A stretch of 64,000 nucleotides of DNA, from NCBI RefSeq assembly GCF_009914755.1, contig NC_060926.1; one strand, 5' to 3'. This document shows positions 1 to 13,039 of the stretch, piece by piece. How positions within the stretch are numbered: position 1 is the stretch's first letter; the number at the start of each line of letters is the position of its first letter. The notes beneath the pieces were generated by a model. The model did no database searches. It was not told the DNA's origin and worked only from the letters and a program-made list of their open reading frames with translations. The translations under genes were made by a program, and so were the position numbers. Source of the stretch: the human T2T-CHM13v2.0 reference genome, Homo sapiens.

Positions 1-165
1 CCTTACGTTTGCTTGCACCTACTTCTTGCCCTCTGCTTCAGGGTAATAGAATTAACTGCCTTCAGCTTTTATTCTCTCCTGAAGCTTTGCAAAACCTCCG
101 GGCCTTCCAAGAAGGTTTGCATTTTTCCTTATAACTTTTGCCACCACCCTGACCAATCTCCTACA
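1..165 (-). mobile_element. ERV LTR 5' end, LTR22-like (HERV-K HML-5), continues beyond the window start
   Basis: Reverse complement begins TGTAGGAGATTGGTCAGGGTGGTGGCAAAAGTTATAAGGAAAAATGCAAACCTTCTTGGAAGG, matching the recalled LTR22 start with a TG terminus. Confidence 0.65.
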
Positions 166-984
166 CACTCTTCTTGTATTCTATGAGATTTGCCATTCCT
201 CATTTTTTCTTTTTATTCTAAAATAACTCCACTTCTTACTTAAGATAAACTGAGTGAACCTAGCAAAAACATCTATGATTAAATAAGTATTTAACTTTTA
301 TGTATCTATATTGGGATGGAGAATTTGGCTTTGGTAATGGAATAAATTGTCAGGCAAACCTATCAGCCTAGTCTGTAGAGATATTTTTGCAAAATAAGAT
401 GCTTGTGCTCAGGTATTCAATTGTAACTTGCTTCTTTCACTCCTCCCTAATTGCTAACTTCTTTGCCTGTTAAATTTGTGATTATATTTTAACAAAAAAG
501 TAAATAGTGAAATTAAAAACACATAGTAAAGAAAATTATATTAGTCATATGGGAAATTTTCACTGTTTTTGAGTGAAGACATGTCAAAGTGTCCCTAAAA
601 AGAAAAATCCTGCTCCACAAAGTATCTAATGATCCTGTTAAATCCACTATTTTGTCCTCATCATTTTTTTTCTGAAATTTGACCCCTTTAATTTATTTTG
701 GGATAGCATTTGGTGTGGAAAGGTAGAAAAGTCAATGAGAGCTTGTTAAAAAAAAATTCCTTTGGGAGAGGGTGGTTGGTGCTGGGCCAACTCCCCTGTT
801 CCTTACCAGCACCAGCCTTGAGTTGCAACTGCAGCAGCAGAATGGTCGCCGGGAGTTTCATGAGCATTGACTTTTCCTACCTTCCCCTCTTCTGCCCTGG
901 TAAAATTAACTTTCTGTGCGTCCAGGTACTTCAGCTACAGCTTTTTAATGTTAGCTGAATCACCAAGGGTCTGAAAGGAAGAAC

Positions 985-1165
985 ATTTATTACGTACCCA
1001 CTCGGTTCCAGATGCTTTTAAATATGCTCTCTCAGCCAATACACATTGTTGTTATCATCTCTATTTTACAGATAAGGAAGTTTAGAAAGACTTAGTGGCT
1101 TGTGCAAGATCATCAGTTTTTCAAGTATCAAGATGTTCTGATTCCAAAGCTCATTTTTCTTCCAC
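985..1165 (-). mobile_element. MIR SINE fragment
   Basis: Degenerate MIR core ATTTTACAGATAAGGAA...CTTGTGCAAGATCA...TCTGATTCCAAAGC. Confidence 0.6.
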
Positions 1166-2001
1166 TTGCTCATGTTACCTCTTGAGCAAATTCTTTAGGA
1201 GGCAGGAACATTATTGGGAAAGTTACAGGAGGCAGTTCTTTCTATAGCCTCATGATACACAGGATGTAACAACTTACTCCACTAGACCAGAGTGTATCCT
1301 ATCTAAAGCACAAAGACACTATACATGTAACTAGAAATCTTAGATAGCACGGATTTTTAGTTCAGAAGGGGAAACAGGGAGGAGGGTTGCAATCTCTTTC
1401 TTCTGTGCATTTTGACTTCATTTCTCTTCATGCTCCTTGGCATGCTTTATTCAAAAGAAGCTCCTAACCACATTTGCCTGTAGTATGCCTCATAATAGCT
1501 AGGGCCCCAGCAAGCCCGGAATGCTCAGAGTTGAGGCAAATGTGCTGATGACAATGTTCATTTTGTAAGCAGCCACCAGAGCCTCATCAGCCACACATCA
1601 TCAGGTCTGCATCAGTCCTGGCTTCATAGCAATTTAGCTGTGCCAGTTCCTCCTTGCTCTTCCTCCACTCCAATAACTTACAAAAATAAAAACATTCTTC
1701 ACATTTAAAATCGCATTTTTATAATCATGGAAAGAAGACAAAGGAACAGGGATTTTTCCGTTTGGAATAACTGGGGGACATACTGGACCACAAGTGAGAA
1801 TTCTAACTTGAACTCTTCCAGTAGAACTCTTCTACCTTGCTCTATACAAGGAAGTTGCTGAATAGATTATTCATTGGTGCCTCAGCTGATTTTATAATTC
1901 TATGACTATGGGCTAGTGAGAGCCCAGATATCTCAGTCATGGGCTAACATCATAATGTGAAGTAGCACCACCAAATGCACCATGTTATTCTTTGAATAAC
2001 T

Positions 2002-2325
2002 CATTCATTTGTTCACCAAATACTTGCTGAATGCCAGTTGCATGCCAGGTACTGTTGTAGGCACTTGAATTACAGGAGAAAGCAAGCTAGCCAACCTCCC
2101 TTCCCTCATTGAGCTTTTTTTCCCTACCGGGGAGGGAGAAAATAGACAAGTAGGGACATACAAGGAATAATTTATGGTAGTAATGACTGTTCTGAAAGCT
2201 ATAACACTAGCAATGTGATAGAGATGGGAAATAGATAGGGAGGATAGGCTGACAAAGGGGTATAGAGATCTCACTGAAATCTAAGGAGTAAGATTTGACC
2301 TGAGACCTGAGTGTCATGAAGGGGT
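2002..2325 (-). mobile_element. L2 LINE 3' fragment
   Basis: CATTCATTTGTTCACCAAATACTTGCTGAATGCC...TGCCAGGTACTGTTGTAGGC resembles the antisense L2 3' end. Confidence 0.65.
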
Positions 2326-2334
2326 CTTCTCTCT

Positions 2335-3020
2335 GGCCAGCATCATCTCCCACCTGGATTGCTGTGACACCATCTTCATGGCCAGCCTGCCTCCAGTCTT
2401 CCCCACCTCCAACCCACCTCACTCACTGCTGTCAGATTGTCTGCTAAATTTCTATGTGACGACATCACAGCCTGACTTTAGCCTTTCCAGAATTCTCCTG
2501 GACCTGCGGGATAATGTGAAAACCTTATGGCAGAATTTATGTGAGCCTTTATGATCTGTCCTCTAGGTATTTTTTAGCCTAATTTTTAGTCAATGGAGAT
2601 AAAGCAGACATTCAGCCAATCTTTGGCCATGCCCTGAATCTGGCTGTTTCTGGCTGGGTTGTGCCATTACCTCTGCCTCAGCCCTCTAACCGTACTTGGC
2701 TCCTGCTGCATTCCTACCCATTCCTTATCTTTTGAAATCCCAGGTCAGACAGCCCCTCCCCCATGAATTCTTTTTGAATCACCTCTTTCACCATTATCAC
2801 CTGGCACTTCAGATATAAATATTTTCTCTCTGTCAAGTTCCTGTAGCCTATTGTGCACATTTCTGTGATACCACATTATATGACATTGTGGTAATTTGTT
2901 TGCATGTGGGTCTTTTTCAATAGATTATGAACTCTCCAATAGGTAGGGGTTTAAATACCAATATTCCTAGTGCTCTGCACATTTGCTTGCATATAGTAAG
3001 GGTGCAAATAACATTCATTT
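2335..3020 (+). mobile_element. L2 LINE 3' fragment
   Basis: CATCATCTCCCACCTGGA...TAGATTATGAACTC...CCTAGTGCTCTGCACA...ATAGTAAGGGTGCAAATAA, a degenerate L2 3' region. Confidence 0.55.
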
Positions 3021-3332
3021 AATGCATTAAGATATATTCTTCATCCTATGTGCTAAAGTCAAGGTGTTGGTAGAGATGTATGTGCAGTTAAGTTTGGTCT
3101 AATTGTGCCATGATCCATATTGTGTAATACTTTTAGGGGAAGATACGAGGTATGAACTTTTAGTATAGGCATAGAATCTTGTAATATAGATGCAGAACCA
3201 GGAAATAAGGAGAGGGAATGGAGAGAATAGGAGCTTGAAGGGGCAGGAAAAAAAAATGAAATTTCTGTAGAAAGTAACACTTTTTTCTGTTCTTCTGACC
3301 ACCTCAAATATTTTCAAAAGTGAGAAATACGA

Positions 3333-3685
<353 letters not shown>

Positions 3686-3739
3686 TAAATGCATTCCAAT
3701 TATACAACTCAAGCACTATTCAAGAGAGCTAAAGTCCTC

Positions 3740-4589
3740 TGTGATATGCTGAATAATGGCCTCCCTAAAGATGTTCATATCCTAATCCCTGGGTCTTGTG
3801 GATGTTACTTTACTTGATAAAGGGAGTTAAAGATTTTGAGATGAAGAAATACTGTTGGATTATACAGGCAGGTTCAAGGTAATGACAAGTGTCCTTCTGA
3901 AAAGAGGCAGGAGGATCTAAGTCAGAAGTGGAAGTTGTGACCATGGAAGCAGGTGGTGGGAGTGAAGCAAGGAAGGGGCTGCAAGGTAGCCTCTAGAAGC
4001 TGAAAAAGGCAAAGAAATGGATTCTGCCTTAGAGCCCCAGAAAGAATCATCTCTGCCAACACCATGACTTTAGCTCAGTGAGACTGATTTTGGATTTTGG
4101 ATTTCTATCCTCTAGAAGTGTAAGATAATCAATTCATGTTTTGTTTTGATTTTTCATTTTCAACTTTTATTTTAGAATCAGTGGGTATCACATGGGTGCA
4201 GGTTTGTTACATGAATGTATTGTGTGATTCTCAGGTTTGGGATATGATTGAACCCACCTACATAGTGAGCATAGTACCCAATAGGTAGTTTTTCTGCACT
4301 CACCCCCTTACCTGTCTCCCCTTCTAGTAGTCCCCAGTATCTATTGGTCTTGTCTTAATGTCCATGTTACCCAATATTTAGCTTCCACTTATAAGTGAGA
4401 ACATGCAGTATTTCATTTTCTGTTTCTGCATTAGTTTGCTTAGGATTATGGCCTCCAGCGGCACCTGCGTTGCTGCAAAGGACATGATTTCATTCTTTTT
4501 TATGGCTGCGTAGTATTCCAAATTCATTTTTTTTTTAAAGCCACTAAGTTTGTGGCAAATTACAACAGTGGCAATAGGAAACTAATATA
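3740..4589 (+). mobile_element. MLT1D-like MaLR LTR interrupted by an L1 fragment
   Basis: Starts TGTGATATGCTGAATAATGGCCTCCCTAAAGATG and ends AAGCCACTAAGTTTGTGGC...GCAATAGGAAACTAATATA. Confidence 0.85.
4148..4520 (-). mobile_element. L1 3' end (old L1PA/L1PB-like), about 370 bp, 5'-truncated
   Basis: GGTTTGTTACATG...GTGAGCATAGTACCCAATAGGTAG...ATAAGTGAGAACATGCAGTA; degenerate TSD AATTCAT at 4131 and 4521. Confidence 0.9.
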
Positions 4590-7500
4590 GTCTCTCAATT
4601 TCACTCCCTCTACCAAATATAACCCAAAATTATTAATGTGGTGTGTATCCTTCCAGGCTTTTAAAAATATATGTATCAATATATATAACTGTGCATGTGT
4701 AAATAGTTTGGTTTTTGAATGATTTTTTAAAAAAATTTTGCTGCATATGTATTCTGTAATTTTCTTTTTCACTTACCACTGTTTCTTGGGTATTTTTAAA
4801 ATCAGTATATTATAACCTATTTCATTCCTTTCAACTACATTTTGATTCTTCCATTCTATGGATCTTCCATAGTTTATATTATATTTCAGTAATTATTTGA
4901 TATAATTACTGAAATTATAATAAATTGTTGAGATTTACCTTTCTGGTTGAAAAGCATAGTCAGGGTTTTGTTCAGGATATTAAATAAAAACCCAAATTTA
5001 ACTGTACATGATCATCATTGGAAATACTATATTTCTCTCAAAGGAATGGTTACATCTCAATGTGCCTTGGAGAAAGCAATGTTAACAAATCCTCCCTGAT
5101 CCAAGATTTTCATTTATGATTTTTTTTTAAATCTTGAAGTTTTATGAACAACTGTGTATTTCATTCGCAGATAGATTTATATATAGCTTTAACAGATTAA
5201 AAATAATAGTAAAAAAAAATCCCACCCTACAAAACAGTCTTTTTTTGAGGCAGACTTGTCAGAGCAGGTTGCAACACATAATGAGATGTCATAGACTGGT
5301 GAGATATGCAAAGCAGGTTCAAAAAAACTGTCAATACTGCATAGTGACTTTAATACTGAAGATAGTAAATCTGGGGAAAAAGAAATCCATTGGCTGCCAT
5401 TCTATTTAAATGACTGGAAATATGTAGTTATCAAAGCTCTGATAAATGTTCCCTGTAGGTCAAGTTCTTTCTTTTAAAAAAAGGACTACGGTTTTATAGA
5501 ATCGTTTTGGAAACTGAATGCACTTTGCTACCCGAGCCCTACTCAAAGCACTTGCTGTCAATCAGTGGAAAAGATTTGGCCACCACCTTTGTGTTAAACA
5601 TAAATGTAGTCGAAATGTTTAATGGATTAAAACGGTGCTGTTTAATTTGAAATGGAATTTCCCACCATCCTAGCTTAGGTAGTTAGGATTCTGTAAGTTT
5701 GCTTTTCATTCCAGCCTGGTTTATAGACACAATAAAGAAAAGGCAAGCAATGGGTTTAGAATGCAAGTGTGTCAAATTGAGGAGACAGGCCTCCTTTTGG
5801 TAGAAGGAGAGGGGGAAAATCACCCCATTAACTGCAACTTGTTAAAATTTACCAAGTCTCTATAGTTTATTAGCCCTTTTTTCCCTCTTCACACCAACAG
5901 AGTAGGTAAAAGATAAGCAGCAACAAGGAGAGACATTATATGCAGAGGTGAACACTGATATGACAGAGTCTTCTCTTAATAACAAACAGTGTTAGCTCTC
6001 TAGGAGGTAGACAGTATGAAGTGCAACAGAAACTGTAATTATGCTCTCAGCAGGGAACCTATATTTAGAGTGACAGTAAGAGTGTCTCTAAAAACCTTCT
6101 AGGTTAAGGCTGCTAGTCTTAATTACATGTATTAGGAGTTTGTGTCTTTACTTTTTCCCTTTTAAAATTCAAAGAAGAAACCTAATTACAACTTGGACCC
6201 TAGTAAATTGGGCCACATTTAAACAATGAACATTTGGCAATCTCATCATGCATCATGACGCATCTGACTGGTACAGCTGCTATGGAAGCCAAACTGGCTC
6301 CCCCAAATAATTTGTTTTTGCTGCCTCCATGACAGAGGAACAACAAACAAATGCTAAACAAGGGAAATAATGAAATTATGCTTTTTTTCAGTCAATGACA
6401 CCCAAACCTTCTGGAGGTGGGGATCATTCCTTGGGTAGACTCTTACATACAGAATTACAGGTTGTTCATATGTTGTTAACATGTATTTCAGCTAGATGAT
6501 GGTTGAATAAATCTTCTTGGTTTGATTTTTGCTGCTATTTTGGTCCTAGATGTAACAATAGCTTACAACTGCTTCTAGTTGACATTAATGGAAGTGTATG
6601 AAGCCCAAAATTTTAGGTTTTGCCTGGAGTGCAGCAGAATGTGTTATAGCTGAACAACATGTTTCAGAGTTATAAGGACCAGTCCTGGGCATTCATTATA
6701 AAGATGGCTCCTGAACATGGAGCTGACTACATTTGACTTTTCCATGTATGTCTTAACCTTCACTTGGTATATTCCATACTAGCTTCTTATGCTTGTGTAC
6801 AATGTGCACTGGACTTCAAGAAGGAAGAGCTCAACCATTCTGTTAGGCTTAGATTATAATAATATGGATAAGTGTATGAATAAGGGGGATTATGATGCCC
6901 TCTTAGTGGGGTCAGTTATCATTAAGGTGACACTTTGTAATTTTGCTAAGCACTCAACAAATATGTTCATTACTAATTTCTCATTGCACATATGTAGATT
7001 AAAAAAGCTGAGTATTACAAAGTTGTGGGATAAACTGAAAAAAATTAATTTGTTGAGTTTTAATAGGCAAAAGTTATGCTGATATGACTGAGCTAATGAA
7101 TCAAGCTGTATAAAAGTGAATTTAATTTATTTTGATACTATTCTTTTCTATGGCTCTATTTCTGGAAGTTTGATGGGTTCTATGACTCATGTGATTTTAA
7201 GATAGTCTGCACAAAATTATGATGACTAAAACATTTTCTTCTCTTTGGAATTTATATATAGCTAAATTGAATTTCTATTATTTGCTTTCAAATAACTATC
7301 AAAGTAAAATAATAGTAGTTCTGAAAGGATTTAAATAAATGCTGAAAATTTGGAAACCATTTGCATATTTATTGGTGCCCCCATTGAAGTTTTATCTTGG
7401 GTAGCCCAACTTTCAATTTTACTGAAATACTAATTTAGTCTTCATTATTGTTGGCTTGAGGAAAGTAATCACTGGTTCTAAAGTTAATAATAGTTTTATA

Positions 7501-8964
7501 GTAGAGTCTTGTGGAATTTTACAGTGATAGTGATCTGTAGTCTAAATAATAGCATTTTTTCTAATTAAGCAGCAATTGAACAAACATTAAAAATCAAGGA
7601 TGAACTATTCATTTATTTTGATATGTTTAGTTCAGTTTAGATTATACTTCATAGAGAAATAACACTTTATTTCTCTGTTGAATAATTTATAAAAGTAATG
7701 AGTAACATGAATCACTGGGACAGTTTTCTATATTTCATCAAAATTGTTAGTTAAAAAATGGAGCAAGGTTTACACAGGCCACTTGAAACATTATTGGATG
7801 TTACTAAGAATAAGCATTAGGTAGTGAGCACAATAATCTTTCATATAATCCGTCCCTAAAGTGTGATCAGTTCAAGCAAGAAGTTAGTGAATATTATTAT
7901 TAAAAGATGACCAGTTGCCATAATAGTAGAAATGGTGTCAAAAATACAAGACAACAGGGTCCCATTGAATTAAGAATGACTTTTAAAAACATCACCAAAA
8001 ATAGATTCTTTGAGCATATTTTAGCCACATAAAGTAGTAATTATCTTAAATGTTCCAAAATTGAGCCATGTAATATTGAAAGTGAACCCACAGATCTTTA
8101 TAGCAGCTCTTCCCCTTTTTATAGAAAGCAAAATAGTAGAAAAGATAATCACTGGAAAACCTAAATAAATAATTTTCATAGTAGTATCAAGGAGGTCTTA
8201 GAACTGACATTCAATGCATATGTTTCCCACTCCCTATGTATGTCCATTATTGAAGATGGTGAATGACTAGCCTTTCTATGGAATCTGAAAATATGTTACC
8301 ATATGCTTCCACGCCAAAGGAAAACCTGAATGACCATCTCATCAATTTCACACCCTACAAGGAGATTCACGTAAGTTAGTTAATACCAGTGAGATAGTAC
8401 CCAATTTTAAATTTTCTCTAGCAAAGCTCTGCCTTCTGTAACCCCACTTTGAATGGGTTTAGCTAATCTCACAGTCTGGAAAATCTTCATAAATAACATC
8501 CATTTAAGTCAGACCCATTTTTTGGTTCTGTCCTCCACAGAAATAAATGACAATTGATTTAAGCATGTTCACCTGTGATTCTTGGCTTTCTTTTGACCAT
8601 TTCAACATCTATATTCATTTAGGAGATTTTGTTTTACTCCCTCTGTTTTTTCCTTTCCCTTTCTATCAAAAGCATTAAATGTCATTCTGGCCTTTTATTT
8701 TTCTTTAAGTTAAACTCATTAATCTTAGGTGAGATTTGAGAATATTAGGATATTAGGAAAGTGTTTGAGATAAAGTGAGTGTTTGAGATGAATTTAGACC
8801 TTCTATGATGTTTCACTGTTTCACACTTGAGCTTGGAAATGATTCTTTTATGTGTAGTAATACTTTGAATTCTTAAAAGTTGTCAGTTATACCTTATAAT
8901 TTACCAATTTCTTAGTCATATACATTTGTTCTTTCCCAATATTTTCCACAACTGCGTAATACTA

Positions 8965-9395
8965 CAGCTGACCCTTGAACAACTCTAGGGACACCAACCC
9001 CAGTGCAGTGGAAAATCCATGCATAACTTTTGACTCCCCAAGAACATTAACTACTAATAGACTGCTGTTGAATGGAAGCCTTACCAATAACATAAGCAGT
9101 TAATTAACACATAGTTTATATGTTATATGTATTACATACTGTAGTCTTATAATAGCATAAGAAGGAGAGAAGAAAATGTTAAGAAAATCATAAGGAAGAG
9201 AAAATATATTTGCTATTTATTAAGTGGAAGTAGATCATCATAAAGGTCTTCATCCTTGTTATCTTCATGTTGAGTAGGCTGAGGAGGAGGAAGAAAAGGG
9301 GCTGGTCTCGCTGTCTCAGGGGTGCAGAGCCAGAATAAAATCTATATGTAAGTAAATCTGTGCCATTTAAACCCATGTTGTTCAAGAGTCAACTG
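8965..9395 (-). mobile_element. Tigger2a (MER28)-like TcMar-Tigger non-autonomous DNA transposon
   Basis: TIRs CAGCTGACCCTTGAACAAC and GTTGTTCAAGAGTCAACTG, TA on the left flank, internal sequence matches the recalled consensus. Confidence 0.9.
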
Positions 9396-10727
9396 GTCTA
9401 CATATTATAATTGGAATATATATATTATTAATATGAATAAAAATAGAGTGATATTTATCTCTAAAGACCTGTCGGACTAAATGTATTTGTAGATTCATTG
9501 ATTCAAGTGATAAATGTAAGAATAGTGATCTTTAATATATAAGAAAATTATATTTGACAGCAGTAAATACTCAGCATAATGTTATTTCATTTATTTATTT
9601 TTACTCAGTTTTAGAATCTAAATGACACCAAAAAATTTATTCTTAAAATGTTGTAATTAATCTAGTTGAGGAAAAATTTTTTTGATGTCAAATAAGGAAG
9701 TCAAACTTTTAAAAATGATTGTTGTTATACTGTGTTTCACAATTAATATAATTTTTTTTAGCATAACAGAAGTTTAACACTAGCATAAAATGGAGTTGTT
9801 TAGACTGGTACTTTGGTTTAGAATGGTAGGTAATACAGTGCTGTTCTCATTTTACTATAAGAAAGGGTACCTAATGTTTTATCTGTGACCCCTGATACCA
9901 TTGCTTTAAAAAGATTCAGTCCATTTAATTTGTTAATTTGTTGAAGACCAGGTCATAGCTGCTCATTCATTTGAGTCTTACCATGTATCTCAAGTGATCA
10001 ATTCAATTTGCATGGAAAAGACAAAGGGCAGAGAAGGGTTGTGAAAATTCCCACGAAAGAAGACTGGTGAAGCCAGAATTATAATTTATCCTGATTTAGC
10101 TCAGTCTCTTTCAGTATGGGAATATTAATGCTCCTTTTCTCTGTTCACCCCCAAATTATGTTTTAAGCATAAGTCCAAATCTAGATTTAGAATAATTTCT
10201 TAGTTTTAAAGAGCAGGTCTGTGTTTTCCATCTCAGACATTATATTCATAAGAAATCTGGGGCAATACCACTTGAAAATAGGAATTTCTTAACTCCAAAA
10301 TTTATGAGACTTCTGTCTATTAGAAGAAAAATATGGAATTTTCTTTCCTTAAGACATGTTTTTACGGGGACAGCCTGTTTGCCATTGCTGCTTAAAACTG
10401 ATCCCCAAAGAGAAAATCCTCATGAATCATTGGATTGCTTGCCTTGGAGCAAGGCCAGGAGCAGTAAGTTTTCAAGATAAACAGTGCTCAGGCTGAAAGA
10501 ATGGCACAGATGATTTCTCAGGTGGAGTGTTTCCACTTCCCTTCTGGCATGTACTGTATTTCATAGTGCCTTACAGATAAGGCTTGAGGGGAATCCAGTA
10601 TGAAATAAGTTTATTTCATAATACTTATTTCATGGCAGTTTTATCAAACTATATCTTGAATAGCCCAAAGAACATGGTTCTAAATTTATTGGCACTTACG
10701 GATTGAAACCTATTTTCATCACATTTT

Positions 10728-10843
10728 AACCAGGGACCCTGATACCTGTTTTGTTCAGTGTTGTATCCTGACTCCTGGCATAGCATCTTGCCCAGACCAG
10801 GTGCTCAATGAACATTGACTAAGTACAAGTTGAATGAATAAAT
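10728..10843 (+). mobile_element. L2 3' terminal fragment
   Basis: TTGTTCAGTGTTGTATCC...CAGGTGCTCAATGAACATTG...TGAATGAATAAAT. Confidence 0.6.
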
Positions 10844-12062
10844 TCAGGTTCACCTCAATTGAAATTTGATTAATAAACTCTAGGATGATGTAAAGGTAGC
10901 CAAGTCATACCAGACTGAACATTTGGTCTTCATAATTGGCCATGTTTATGTCTTCTGAAAAACCATACAATGCCATTTGCTCATTTTTGTTCATTCACTC
11001 ATTCAGTCATACAAAAGATATCTATTAACTATTTTGCCCATGATTGGCATTTCTTAGGAGTTAAGATACAGCAATAAGATAGACTAGGCCTCTGAGCTAT
11101 ATCAGAATGCATGAGGCACTTGCCCTGCCTTGCTTGGTCTTGCCATTCTATATTTGGCTTGAGGCAAGCACAAAAATATTTACAAAATAAAGTGAATAAT
11201 GTGCAGACTAACATGGTCAGAGTGGGAAGATATGACACATTGCTAAGGGATAAAAAAGCCTTCACAGAGATAGCTAGGGCTCAGGGATAGGTAGGCATTC
11301 AGAAGGTAAAGTTGGTGACACAGAGTTTCCTAATATTGCAAGAATTGTCTGTGTGTGTGTGTATTTGCACACTTGACTAGAGAGAAGAGGAAATGGGGCA
11401 AAAAAAAGAGACACATGGTCCAAGAGAAATTAAAAAGAAATTTTTTTTTTTTACCATGTTTGCACTCTACTACTCTATTCTATCTACTGAGATAGGAGCC
11501 CCGTGGGGTGAATAATTTCATCTTTGCTTTGTACATTGCCTTTCATCAGTACACACTCATGATCAGGTTTCTGGAACTTAATGGCAAACATGTTCTGATT
11601 GAGAGTAGAGCTAACTGGTATAATGGTACATTGTCTGAGAGACCAAAGTTAAGGGCATTTAGTTGTTTCTGCACTCTGATATTACCAAAATCAACCATTA
11701 ATCAGAACCTCATTCAGTTTCTGTAAGTAAGAATGTTACTCCTGGATGTTATTTATGAACCTTATGTCTTAGAGCACAAAAGTATTTAAAACATAGAAAT
11801 TTATAGAAGGTAATTTTGTGATTCTAAAGAGTTAATGCAGTACCAAGCAAGCATCTTGCATCACCTGAGCTTTCATATGAAAGTAAAATTGATTTCTCCA
11901 CTTAATTTCTTTCAGATCAATTTTACTAATATGTATTTATTGGTCATTTGTTTTAGGAATTTTGTTGACATTTTCTTTCTTATTCAAAACTATTGCTTAT
12001 TTTAGAGTTCAAATATTCTCCCAATATTCAGGAAACTATCTGTAAAATGAGGTGATCTAGAT

Positions 12063-12850
12063 CGGGCTTTTTAAAAGGGATGATGAGTGGACTTGGTGCA
12101 GTTCATATATCCTCTGGAATTTTATGAAGCCTTGTGTACACATAGTTGATTCTCAGTATTTGCAAATTATGTATATGCAAATTTGCCTACATGTCAAAAT
12201 TTGTGGGTAATGCCCAAATCAATACTCACAGCAATTTTGCAGGCCTTTATAGACATGTAATGAGCAGTGAAAAATTTGAGTTGCCCGACATACACCTTCC
12301 CAGCTGAGATTAAACCAGGCAGTGCTCTGCCCTGTACACAAGTGTGCTTTCACAGTCCCTTTACTGACATATTTTTCACATGTTTGTACTTTTTATTAGT
12401 GATTCCACTGTTTGAAATGAACCCAAATGTGTGTTAAAGTCTTGTCCAGTGTTCCTAACCACAAAAAATATTGCGCTATATCATATAGAGAAAATGTGTG
12501 TGTCATGAAAGCTTTGTTCCAGTATGAGTTACAGGGCTGTTGGCCATGAGTTCTATGTTAATGAGTCAACAATGTATATTAAATAAGGTATCTATAAACA
12601 GAAACACACATAAAACAAGGTTATATACTGCATTGATGAAAATGTGACCAGTGGCTCACAGGAACTTAACCCTGTATTTCCCCTAGGAGCAGAGGTTCTG
12701 CGTCATCTGCCCCAGTGTTCATGGTGACTTTAAAGAACATAACTACCATGAATAACCGGAATTGAAAGTATACGTTTTTCTGGGATAAGGGGGCATAATA
12801 TGCATCAGATTCTTGGTGGGGACTTCAGTTCTGCCAAGGTTTAAGAAATC
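12063..12850 (+). mobile_element. Charlie4z-like hAT MITE split by MER82 (pieces about 12063-12140 and 12769-12850)
   Basis: Right piece TTTTTCTGGGATAAGGGGGCATAATATGCATCAGATTCTT...AAGGTTTAAGAA resembles the recalled 3' half; left piece is degenerate. Confidence 0.45.
12143..12768 (+). mobile_element. MER82 TcMar-Tigger DNA transposon, near full length
   Basis: GAAAAATTTGAGTTGCCCGAC...CCCAGCTGAG...GTTAATGAGTCAACAAT...AACCCTGTATTTCCCCTAGGAGC; degenerate TIRs and TA at the right end. Confidence 0.88.
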
Positions 12851-13039
12851 TTGTTTATTGGTAAAAGTTGTTTCCACACTAACATTCTTAAACTCCTAGG
12901 CCCACAACATAGAAACTGGGGCTAGTGTGCTGGCATTGAAGTGTTAAAGAGAGAAAGCAACACAGATAACTGAAAAATGGGGATTCACATCTTTAACTTG
13001 CCATTTACTGAGCCATCTCTTCATTACTGCCTTTGCAGT

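Noticed and set aside
8740-8790. Small direct repeats ATATTAGG x2 and AGTGTTTGAGAT x2 (similar 9-mers near 38084 and 48683)
   Set aside because: Ordinary slippage-scale micro-duplications
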